Shown piece after piece: positions 44,434-56,619 of a DNA stretch of 64,000 nucleotides. Position numbers and translations under genes: made by a program. This DNA is from Chrysomallon squamiferum. Lineage: Eukaryota > Animalia > Mollusca. Numbering within the stretch: the first letter of the stretch is position 1; the number at the start of each line of letters is the position of its first letter. The notes under the pieces were generated by a model. That model was not told the origin of the DNA. It saw nothing but the letters and a program-made list of their open reading frames with translations, and made no database searches. The stretch is taken from positions 18,166,001-18,230,000 of the forward strand of contig CM022670.1 of NCBI GenBank assembly GCA_012295275.1. Reading direction: 5' to 3'.

Positions 44434-45050
44434 TCACATACTGATTACTCGATGTGGTTTTTTAAGATCAATGTGCCGTTCATCGTCACAATCTTCGCAG
44501 GAAAGGGGTTCTACACGATAAGGCAAACAGCTTGTACCACATTTTTTGCAATCCTGATGGTATTTTCCCTGTAAAGTTAAATGTTAGACTGACATATTTG
44601 ACTAAAAATCTCATTGTTAAATATTATTTATTATTTTGATTTAAGTATATAAAACAAATCATGTCGTAAAACTACTTTCATATTTTAACTATATAATAAA
44701 TAATTCATTATGTACGAGTAGTACTATTAATAGTAGTAGTAGTAGTAAAGTTACATTATATACCTACTTTCAAACTTACATACTAACATACATATAAATA
44801 CAGACATACATACATCAACACATACATACATATACATATATAAAAACATACATATTTCACACAGGTACACGCACACACACACACACAGTAATTTCATCTC
44901 GAAATCACTCACTTTGTATAAAAAAATATGTATTAAATGATTAAAATAAAATAATTGCAAAATACATACTGTACACGGGACACGAGAACTTTCCCATGTG
45001 TTTTTGCATTCTGGACAACGAAAATATCCATAGCACGTCTCAGATGACAT
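44434..45050 (-). CDS. ZAR1-like copy 4, divergent; C-terminus disrupted as assembled
   Basis: Exons 44970-45050 (MSSETCYGYFRCPECKNTWESSRVPCT) and 44434-44568 (GKYHQDCKKCGTSCLPYRVEPLSCEDCDDERHIDLKKPHRVISM*). The CxC segment is missing, and the final DLCxRC falls in the garbled region. Confidence 0.55.
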
Positions 45051-45267
45051 TCTTGATCAGTTTCTAAATATCCTTCTTCTCGGTAGATTCTGTTCATTAA
45101 TGTGTCAAAAAACTAAATATTCTCGACAATTCTGATTTTAAAAGTTCTCAGAAACAAAAATGAAACTACAGTTTACCTTGAAGTGTGTAAACGATAGCCT
45201 AAAACCGGAGTAGGGTTTTTTGTTGTTGTTTTTTATTTACTGATGAAATAATTTTATATTTTCGGCG

Positions 45268-45412
45268 CTTTCTTAAGCATAGCCATCTTGAGATCGAATT
45301 CTTCTAAACTCATACTTAGAGTGTTTCCCCTTCTCAGATCTCGATGTGCCTTTTTCTCTTCTTCTGTTAACCGTCTAGGGTAAATGATGCTCTTGGAGGA
45401 AAATGGGTTAAT
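45268..45412 (-). pseudogene. Internal fragment of the orphan gene (corresponds to ~51166-51311)
   Basis: CTTTCTTAAGCATAGCCATCTTGAGATCGAATTC...AATGGGTTAATGT is nearly identical to the intact gene. Confidence 0.8.
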
Positions 45413-45855
45413 GTATGTATGTATGTATGTATGTATGTATGTATGTATGTATGTATGTATGTATGTGTGTGTATTTATTTATTTATTTCAGTAAGAATTT
45501 CTTTTTACACTGTAAAAATGATATCTCCGTTCTAGGTTTACATATGAAATAAATTAAGTTTCAAAATATTATTTTCTTTTTCATTTTTATTTTTTCGTTG
45601 TTGTTGTTTTCTACCCGAAAAGATACGGGAAGGATCGAGAATAATAATAAATATTCTTCCTGTTATTTTGACTAATTTTGTGCTTTCTTTCTTTTTGACA
45701 GCTCCATAACGCGGTGGTCATCAGTCGCATTGTATCAAGATTATTTTTAGCGATGACGAAAAGTACTGGTCGAAGGAATCGTCTTTCATTAGATATGTGA
45801 TGTTCTTGTTGTTTCTCCTACTGCTGTTGTCGTCGTTGTTGTTCTCATCAACTTC

Positions 45856-45888
<33 letters not shown>

Positions 45889-46292
45889 CGTATGTGTGTA
45901 TGTATGTGTATTTATGTATGTATGTATTAAAAAATGATATATTAACATGCACATTATCATTTAAAATTAACTGATTACAACTTTTGAAAGCACGATATCG
46001 TTTGTTTGGGACTTTTTTCCTTAAATAATGTTGATAAATCTTTAATAAGTAGCTATATTGCTAACGTTATGTATAATATAATATTTTCAATTTATATATA
46101 TATATTCTTTTACAATGTCAAGAAATATTTTATGCCATATATGCATATGATTTAAATTTTATTATATATTTTCTCATATAAGAACCCCTAGGCAAGATAA
46201 GAATATATTTTATATTAGTAATGTAATAATATTGTATGTTGGTGTGTGTGTATATCTATGTGAATAAATGCTATGACCAATGTCTCAGTAAG
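45413..46292 (+). repeat. Direct duplicate of the 56620-57540 segment
   Basis: Colinear from (ATGT)n..TTTATTTCAG.AAGAATTT through GCGGTGGTCATCAGTCGCATTGTATCAAG to AATAAATGCTATG.CCA.TGTCTCA.TAAG. Confidence 0.88.
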
Positions 46293-46355
46293 CAGACACG
46301 CGAACTTTCCCATGTCTTGTTGCATTTTGGACGAAAATATCTATACGACGTCCTT
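46292..46355 (-). pseudogene. ZAR1-like copy 5, exon-1 remnant
   Basis: YRYFRPKCNKTWESSRVC. The ATG and one Cys codon are lost, and the copy is truncated by the duplicated segment. The upstream flank is homologous to 37470-37750. Confidence 0.75.
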
Positions 46356-46898
46356 GAACAGCTTTTAAATATCCTTCTTCTCAGTAGATTCTGTTCATTA
46401 ATCAAATGATTAAATATTCTCGATAATTGTAAGTTAAAAGTTCTTAGAATCAAAAATTAAACGGCAGTTTACTTTGAAGGCTGTATACGAACACGCCTTT
46501 TCTATGAAAATTATGAAATAGCCGAAAACGAAAATAGGTTTTTCAGAGGGTATTCTTTCGAGCAGGGCGGAGGGATTTACTGATGAAATAAGTTTCTATT
46601 ATTAGTCGATTTCACACTATAAACGTGTAACGTAATACAAAGATAATCATTTTACACCATAACCTATTGCATCGTGTAGTTTTATTACACGTAGTTTTAT
46701 TATTCAGCTATCGGACATTCAAAGGAGATGATTCTGCATTTATTATTTTTATAAAACTTCTGTGAGCTGGATAAATTATAATTTTGCTAGGCATTTAAAG
46801 TAGACATCAATAATAATAATTATAATTATAATTATAATAACAATAGAAGTACTGGTAATAATAGTTGTAACAATAGTAGTACTAATTGTTGTTGTTAT

Positions 46899-46932
<34 letters not shown>

Positions 46933-47321
46933 GACAAACAGATACTGCCACAAAATGATAACGGGGTACAGAAACAAATATATTTGTATTCCGACGAATT
47001 CAGAAACAAATGCATGCCGAAATCATAAGCAGTATTCACATTCATATATGTTAATGTATTTCTCACACCTGAATGTGTCACATTTGAACTTGCTTAGCAA
47101 ATAGAAAATAATTTTTCTTTTCTGTTTGTGAGAAAGATTTTCCTTTTTTTACATTTGGATTGTGTGGGTATCATCATTTTTTCTCTTTTGTTTATTTCGA
47201 GTCCATTCCAGTTTAGGAAATGTTATATAATATACTGTAACTCTCAGCACCTCGTAATGTAATTCATATTCAGTAAACTAATTTAGTCGTATGTTTTTGA
47301 TTATTATTATATATATATATA

Positions 47322-47354
<33 letters not shown>

Positions 47355-47360
<6 letters not shown>

Positions 47361-47865
47361 CGTTCTAAAGACTTTCCTTTTAAAGCCCAGCGTGTCTGTT
47401 CGTCAACCGATCTACTTCTACCATGAATCACTGGCCCACGGTTATAAAGAAATGAGCCACTGTTTGGTTCAATACCTTGTTTATCAAACCCGTTTTCTGT
47501 GGAATCGCTACTAATAGAGTATAGTGAAGACTTAGAACTAACGGAATCAATTTTGCCTATACTTCTTGATCTGAAAGGACAGAAATAACGCTGTGGATAA
47601 ACCTTTTGGGGGGAATTATCACAGTATTTAATATTGCAAGAATTTAATGGTTTAATAGCTTTTTATATGATAATTCTGTTTTTAGGAATTGGAGCAAAGA
47701 ATTCACGATTTTTCATACTGATTACTGGTGGAAAAAATTCATTCATTCTTCATTTTCTACACAAATTCGTCTTTGGGTATATAAGACAAAGCTATATTGA
47801 GGTCGAAAGTGCTTCCTCTTCTTAGATTTCGATATGCCTTTTTCTCGTCTTCTTTTAACCGTCTG
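47355..47865 (-). pseudogene. 5'-truncated copy of the orphan gene
   Basis: Homologous to 50740-51272 (e.g. LKEDEKKAYRNLRRGST), with deletions and frameshifts. Confidence 0.8.
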
Positions 47866-48309
47866 TTAAGATATGTCATTCGCCAGTGTTGCTCATTCAT
47901 TTCAAATGTTCTTTTGCTCCTACTTGGGAATGTTGCGAGCAGAAAGCACGTTTCTTGGTGTGTATAAAATACGAACATACACACATACACACATACTCAT
48001 CCAATATGAAATCTATAATAATCGGATCCAGGCACAATTTCTCTGTCCCTACTGTTATCCTGTTTAAACCATTTATTTAAAAATCTGATATAACCTGCAC
48101 CTGTAAATTCCAAACACCTTTCTTTTTTCCTGTCATAAATGTATGAACATCACGACTATAAAACGTCGTTAGTAAATAAAAATGGACAACAAAAAAGCGA
48201 ATGAAACAAAACAATACATTTAAATTATTCCTTTATTTCACCTTAGGTAGACTTTAATCTGCACTGATAATCTGTACCGTTGTTCGACGGTAATCTGTGC
48301 TATTCTGCA

Positions 48310-49108
48310 CTATTTACGGCTGCACGGCAATCCTTTCTTGCAACGTTCGCAGAGATGAGCTCGATGTGGTTTTACATCGCAATCGCAGAACTTGGTGCGA
48401 CAACTTTCGCAGAAATCACGTTCTAGACTATAGGGCGCACAAGTTGCACCACATTTGTCGCATCCCAACATTCTTCTCACTGTAAAGTTAAAATTTAGAC
48501 TGACATATTTGACTACAAATCTCATTTTTAAGTATTATTTTGTATTTTCATTTATATATATATATATATAGATATATATATATATATATATAAAACAAAT
48601 CAAGGCGTAAAAGTACTTTCATATTATAACTTAATAATAAATTCATTATGGTACGAGTAGTACTATTAATAGCAGTAATAGTAGTAAAGTTACATATACA
48701 CATACTTTCAAACTTACATATAACATACATATAAATACAGACATACATGCACCAACATATAGATAAATACTTATATACGTACATACAAGCATACATACAT
48801 GCATATGTACACACTCATATGCACCTACATACACACACATGCACGTCCATACATATACATACATGTATACACATATACATACATACATATACATATACAC
48901 AGTAATTTCATCTCGAAATCGTCTCACTTTATATATCTATATCTATCTATATGTCTATATCTATCTATCTATCTATATATTAAATGTTTAAAGTAAAATA
49001 ATTGCAAAATACATACTACGAGTTCTCTGGCGATTACTGAACAGGCGATAGTTGGATCTGCCCATCAGTGGCTGCAGTTTGTACAACGAAAAATTCCACA
49101 GACGACAT
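48310..49108 (-). pseudogene. ZAR1-like copy 6, diverged pseudogene
   Basis: Exon 1 (49017-49108) has a frameshift after the ATG and an in-frame TGA (CGIFRCTNCSH*WADPTIAC). Exon 2 (48310-48479) reads CDKCGATCAPYSLERDFCESCRTKFCDCDVKPHRAHLCERCKKGLPCSRK but is 1 nt out of phase with the acceptor. Confidence 0.78.
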
Positions 49109-49442
49109 TCTTGATCAGTTTCTAAATATCCTTCTTCTCAGTAGATACTCTCAATTAATATGTCAAAAGATTAAATATTTTCGAAAAGTCTAAGTTGAAA
49201 AGTTCTTAGTAACAAAAATGAAACTACAGTTTACCTGGAAGGGTGCAAACGAACATTCCTTTTCTATGAAAAGTATAAAATAGCCGAAAATTGAATTATT
49301 TTTTTTATTATTATTATTTTTTTTTTTATTGATGCAATCATTTTCTATTTTTGGCCTTTTTACGTAATACAAACATGATCATTTTACTTCAAATTACTTT
49401 TAATATGTAAATATTGTTTTCTAGGCTTCTTATTTCATTTAC

Positions 49443-49487
<45 letters not shown>

Positions 49488-50004
49488 AAATTCATTCTTT
49501 TTATATATATTAACTAAGACTACTCATGTGTTTTTCTAATATTAAGGCTCACGTACAGGGCCTATTAGAGGGTAGTCCAGCTGATACTTTCTTCCGGGGC
49601 CCAAGAGCTAAGAAGCGGCCCCACAATAACCCTGCAGCATATATCACCACTCAGTAACAAGCACCTTCTAGTACAGCTCAGCCCGACATACGCTTACATT
49701 TACATACACAAACAACATTGCACTTATCACACCATATTGACTTCTTTTTAATAGTATTTTGTGAAAAACCTTAGCCTGCCTCGGGACCCCAAATGGGTTT
49801 TGTACCGCCTTGCAAAATTTCTCATGCATGATCTACTGCACCAAACAATTTTGTTACACGTAGCTTTATTATTCACCTGATATTCAAGGGAGATGAATCT
49901 GCATGTAATGTTTTACACAAATGCAGTGCGATGGACAAAGTATAATTTTGCTAGACTGTTAAACTACAAATTAATAATAATAATAATAGATAGATAGATG
50001 GATG

Positions 50005-50062
<58 letters not shown>

Positions 50063-50242
50063 AAGATAGATAGAGAGACAGACAAACAGACCCGGACAGA
50101 CAGACAATCGCAACACTGTCACAAAATGAGAAATAAGAAAGCACTGTTCTTGGTATGTATAAAATACGAACATACACACGTACACACACACTCACCCACA
50201 GTGAAATCTATAATAACCGGAATAAGGCACAATTTAATTACC

Positions 50243-50343
<101 letters not shown>

Positions 50344-50739
50344 CAAATAGTACACTCACAACACTGTCACAAAATGAGAAAGGAAATACAACCAAAAAAA
50401 ACTGTATTCCAACGAACTCAGAAACAAACACATGCTGAAATCTTACACAGTATTTATGTTCATATACGTTAATGTTTTGTATCTGTCACATCGGAATATG
50501 TCATATTTTAATGTGCTTAGCAAAAAGAAAATCATTTTTTTTTTTTTTTTTTTTATTCGTGAGGAGGATTTTATTTTTCTTATTTTCGGATTTTGCTCTT
50601 TTGTTTAACGGGAGTTCATTCCAGTTTAGGAAATGTTATATAATATACTGTAACTCTCAGAACCTCGTAATATAATTCATTTTCAATAAACTAATTTCGT
50701 CGATATTCGTTTTTTACGTGTCAGTGTTTTTTTTTTTTT

Positions 50740-51477
50740 TTACTTTCGTTGTAAAGACTTTCCTTGTAAAGCCCAGCGTGTCTGTTCGTCAACCGATCTA
50801 CTTCTACCATGAATCACTGGCCCACGGTTATAAAGAAATGAGCCACTGTTTGGTTCAATACCTTGTTTATCAAACCCGTTTTCTGTGGAATCGCTACTAA
50901 CAGAGTATAGTGAAGAGCTAGAACTAAGGGAAGCAATTCTGCCTCTACTTCTTGACCTGGAAGGAGAGAAATGACTCGATGGATAACTCTTTTGGCGGGA
51001 AGTATCGCAGTATTTAATATCGCAAGAATTTAATCGTTTGAAAGCTTCTCTTATGGTATGTTTGTTTTTAGGAATTGGAGCAAAGAATTCGTGATTTTTC
51101 ATACTGATTATTGGTGGAAAAGTTTCATTCACCTCTTCATTTTCTGACATAGAATCTTCTTTGGCTTTCTTAAGCATAGCCATCTTGAGATCGAATTCTT
51201 CTAAACTCATACTTAGAGTGCTTCCCCTTCTCAGATCTCGATATGCCTTTTTCTCGTCTTCTGTTAACCCTCTTGGGTAAATGATGCTCTTGGTGGAAAA
51301 TGGGTTAATGTCTGCAAGTAACTGCTGCGCATCGCCCACTGTTGAGTTTATTTTTAAAGCCTGCATCTTGTGTTCCATTTCCAAAGATTCCATCTTTCTG
51401 TTCAAGTAAGTTTCTTGCTTCTTGTTGCGATATCTGGCAGCTTCCATAGCTCTAGTGTCTATCGGGGTGTGCGACAT
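50740..51477 (-). CDS. Uncharacterised 245-aa protein (N-terminal coiled-coil-like helix, Ser/Arg-rich disordered C-terminus), single coding exon
   Basis: 738-nt ORF free of microsatellite. An acceptor (TTTTAATTTTAG) lies 3 nt before the ATG, and a candidate 5'UTR donor AAG|GTGAGT is at 52196. All duplicated copies of it have decayed while this one stays open. Confidence 0.75.
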   Translation of the reverse strand: MSHTPIDTRAMEAARYRNKKQETYLNRKMESLEMEHKMQALKINSTVGDAQQLLADINPFSTKSIIYPRGLTEDEKKAYRDLRRGSTLSMSLEEFDLKMAMLKKAKEDSMSENEEVNETFPPIISMKNHEFFAPIPKNKHTIREAFKRLNSCDIKYCDTSRQKSYPSSHFSPSRSRSRGRIASLSSSSSLYSVSSDSTENGFDKQGIEPNSGSFLYNRGPVIHGRSRSVDEQTRWALQGKSLQRK

Positions 51478-51791
51478 TGTCTAAAATTAAAATTATCTTT
51501 ATTAATAAAATAATCGCTTAATAAATGATGCTGATGACCATGATTATGATGATGATGATGATGATGATAATAATAATAATAATAATAATCATTACAACAA
51601 CAGCATGATCATCATCATTATCTTCTAAGATAGTAGGAGTATCCGTTAAGTGTCCGTTTGCCTTTGAATCTATTCATGGATTCATAGGTTTAATAATATT
51701 AATAATACTGTCACAGAGAATCTGACTATAATATTTGAAGACAACAGAAAAACATATCTTCAACAAAACGGCCGGACAGAGATGAGTAAAA

Positions 51792-51913
<122 letters not shown>

Positions 51914-52303
51914 TATAATAATGAAGAAACGTATACTATTTATGTATTCTCTTCCTGCCTCACACAAATTCATATGTATAAGCCAAAGAAACACATACAC
52001 ACACGATATCCATAATATCATACTTAAAAATCTTCATCAATATTTGTAACATTTTCTTTATTCATTTTAAAACATTCCTTATATACGCACGCCGGAACGC
52101 GCACACACACACATACACATTATAATACAACAAAATAAACATTCTGATGACTTTTTGAGAGTAAATAATATACTCCAAGTTAAGTAACAAACTCACCTTT
52201 CTTTTTTTCTTTATCTTTTCTTCTTTTCTTTTTTCGCAGGTAACCACACAACCACACGCTTACTGAAGAATCCTTTATTCAACTGAAGAGGTTTGGTTTC
52301 GTC

Positions 52304-52343
<40 letters not shown>

Positions 52344-52810
52344 CAACAACAGTAAAACAAAATCTAAACTGACTCAAGTAATAATTCTGTCGGATGGACA
52401 AATTATCTTCAAGATACTCCGCGACTGTCTAGGTAGCTATGTAATTTTCAAGTGATACCTCCCCTGTTTGACAGGACTGTAGACTTTATTACAAATGATA
52501 TACAAGCAGAACCTAATAACGACAGATGGTCGTAACAAATCAATTGATAGAGACAATTTTGCGTAACCTCACATGCGGTGATGAATCTTAACTAAACCCT
52601 CCAGGGACGTACCAGAATGTTCAAACGGCGCTGTCGCTTTAAGGTGAAAACAATTGTAGATTTTCATTAGATACGTGGATAAATCGATTAAGTCAAACGA
52701 TTCTACAGACATTTTTTAAAATGGTATATAGACAGAAAGATAGATTGCTAAATGAGTAAATAAACGTTTGGTAGATATTTAATAATGATGATAACAATGA
52801 AGACATAACT

Positions 52811-52811
52811 A

Positions 52812-52867
<56 letters not shown>

Positions 52868-52931
52868 ATAATAGTAATAATAATAATAATAATAACAACA
52901 ATAATAACAAAAAAAAAACAACAACAACAAC

Positions 52932-52965
<34 letters not shown>
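52811..52965. repeat. Compound (TAG)n/(TAA)n/(CAA)n microsatellite
   Basis: Consecutive trinucleotide runs. Confidence 0.9.
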
Positions 52966-53835
52966 TTACAATTATAAATACAACAGTAGAGTAAAAGTAA
53001 ATGATGAATATGATTGCCAAAAAAGCAACAACAATAATGTATAAGAATTATATATGAATATACTGATTATTATTATTGTTGTTGTTGTTGTTGTTGTTGT
53101 TATTATTATTATTGTAACAAAAATTTGTTCAGATGTCCGGTCTGTCAAAATCAGTATATTCACATGTAATTTTTATTGATTAATATCATTCCTTTGAGAA
53201 GATTTTATGAAACATTTTCACCATTTATCCAATAACAAAAACATCGAGATTAAAGCTTAACATGGTCCCTCATTCATAGGATATGAAAATTATAAGAAGA
53301 TAAAATTATATATTTGTCACTGCTTCAGACAATGAAATAAATTAATCTTAGTTAATACATGCTAGCTAAAGCTAGATTAATTTGAAGAAACGGAAATATA
53401 ATTTTTCATAATTGAAGATTGTAAATGCTATAATTCAGTGGAATTAATAATAATTAATTTGATGATATTCATGAAAAAAAAGTTTCTATTATTACATGGC
53501 AAACCAAAGCTAATGATGACAAGATGACGATGAAGAAATAAATGATGATAATGATTAGACAAGGGGAGGGAAGATGAAGAGGACACAAATGTTAAAAAAG
53601 TGTTGTACTTTGTAATGATTTGTAGATTTGACCATTAAATTTTCCTTTATTTCCTTTTAATTTATTATTTTATTTCTTTTCGATATTTTGTTCTATGTAT
53701 TGGATTTAGTTTACCTTTTTTTTAATTTTTTTTTTTTTAATTATATTTTTTGTACTAAGTGTTGAAAGAATACATTTGTTTTAATTTTGTTTAAGTTAAT
53801 AAAATTAAAAATCAATTTAAAAAAATAGATCAGAA

Positions 53836-53907
<72 letters not shown>

Positions 53908-53964
53908 ACTTCCAAAAGAAAACCCACGAACACCACCAACCATAAACAATAATAAAATATATAA

Positions 53965-54008
<44 letters not shown>

Positions 54009-54931
54009 AATTAATCATTTCAAAACAGAACGATAAATTAAAATAAAATAAAAATTTTGCTCGTGCAAATACTCAATATAACATTAACTTACTTCTAAAA
54101 AGCGCGTACTTATGTTTTTAAAATGCCTGAATTAAATTGCGTTGAGTGTTCAATCGAATAACGCCATAGGAATGCTGTATAAGGCAAAGAGCGGTTTCAA
54201 GAGGTTTTATTGACTGTCGTAAATAAAATAACAAAAACAGATTATTGCTTACGCTGAAGTAAACTGTCGATAAAATAGCTCGTAAACGAAACTATTAAAC
54301 ACATTGATCGCTTTCAATAATATAACTTTTCATGTCTTGCTTATTTTCTTTCTTTCTTTCTGTCTTTCATTCTTTCTTTCTTTCATTCTTTATTTATTTA
54401 TTTCACTTCATTCATTTTATTTTATTTTTCTTTATTTTGTTATTTATTTTATGTTATTTATCTGTTTATATTTTTGAATTATTGTCATTATTAGTTTTAC
54501 TGTTCTTTGTTGGTTGTTTTTGAAATATTTTGTTGCATATATATATATATATACATCGGTCTCGGATGAATTACATTATTTGACATTCAACTCTGAGATC
54601 TGAATCGTATCATACTTCTTAGTAAATAAGTTCACTGTTTTCAGACATATATTATATCTACGTTTATTAACATGGTTATATCATTTCATTATTTACTTTC
54701 CGGTCTTTCAAACCTGGAGATGGGTTCTATTTTAGAAACGACATCAAACAGACTTCGGGTGGGCTAACTCTAGTGGGGGTCACACACTGCTCGTGTAAAA
54801 CAAACAGACAGAAGTGGGTGCAAATGTCTTGAATTTTTATTATTACTGCATTGATTTTTATTCGTTTAGGTTAACCTGAAAGGAGTGTCAGAAGGAACTG
54901 TATGTTTGTTTGTGTGTGTGTGTGTGTGTGT

Positions 54932-55028
<97 letters not shown>

Positions 55029-55799
55029 GGAGGAGGAAAGGACAGAAAGAAACAGACTGAGATAGAAGTATGTCATATAGATGTATTATTTTATTAAAGG
55101 AAACTGACCGATGACACGCCTAAATAAAGTGAATGGTGAAATGTTAACGATGATAACAATGATAACGATGAATAAAAAATAATAAGCGTTGTGACATAAC
55201 ATAATGGTTCTGCATTAAAACAGCTTCAAGTACGAAACTGTTTATTTTGAAACATACAGGCTTAATTTCTTCTAGGTAATATAAATGTTATCTTGTTGCT
55301 GGCGGAAAAAAGACTCCAGCGGCTGTCTTCTCTTTCACAGAGGCTCTATATCAGATGCATTTAATAAAATTTCACTTACTTTTTTCTTTCTTTCTTACTT
55401 TCTTTGTATGGAAATTTTTTTAAACACGTATTTCATCCTCACAACTGATATATTTGCATTAATGTTAATATTGCCATTTAGCTTGCTTTCAGTCTGTATT
55501 CTGATTTATGTAATGTACACACTGTGATCTCTCTTATCTGTAAATAACATATTTTACTGCAGCTGTTCTATCAGATATATTACAGTATTATAAAAGAACA
55601 CTTGACACAAACTATTATGCTCTCTAATCATTTTAACGTATATACTTTGATAGACCTACGTATTGTTCGTGTACATGTGTGTTTGTATGTCTATGTCAGT
55701 GTGTCGCTGCCTAACTCTCTCTGTTGAAGTGTGTGAAGAATGCAACAGAAATCAAGTTTAGTTACTGGAAGTACGTTATATTTGTTTATTAATAATGTT

Positions 55800-55880
<81 letters not shown>

Positions 55881-56135
55881 ATACGTTCATGGGTTTATCA
55901 ATTTCTCTACATTTCAAAAAAAAAATAATAATAATCGAAGGCAGGAAAGCTGTTGTTCTTTAACTGTCAAATACAATAGTAGGTTTGTGAAATGCAATAA
56001 CATCAATTTATCAGGCAAAAAATAACGTGAAACGCAAGCATATTACACACCCTAAACATTTTAATCAATAAATAACAAAACAAAATGTGTGCAACACTCC
56101 AATTCTAACAAAGAAACAGAACGGAAACCATACAA

Positions 56136-56179
<44 letters not shown>

Positions 56180-56408
56180 TTATCTGTATGTATGTATATA
56201 GGTAGCTAGGTAGGTACGTACGTAACTGTGTGCTTGTTGGTACATATATATATATATGTATGCAGTTTAGGATTTTTGAATATTGTCTGTCTTATGTACG
56301 TCTGAACAGACTCTGCACTTAGAAAATGTTCGGGAACGCACTGACGCAGGAGGACAAAGTCCGATCACGACCTCACGTAAGTACGTAACTGTGTGCTTGT
56401 GGGTACAT

Positions 56409-56454
<46 letters not shown>

Positions 56455-56619
56455 TATATTTGTACGTATGTATGCATGAATGCAAAATTAATTAATGTAT
56501 CCAATACAATTATACACTTTCGCTTCTTACAATATACTCAGTCTGTATAGGTTTTCTACTCTTATTCGTGGATTTTTTATTATTATTATTATTATATGTA
56601 TGTATGTATTTATATATGT

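Noticed and set aside
56217-56410. 30-bp direct repeats flanking ~135 bp, read as an LTR/TSD or CRISPR-like unit
   Set aside because: Only two copies in a eukaryotic low-complexity context; a simple local duplication is sufficient.
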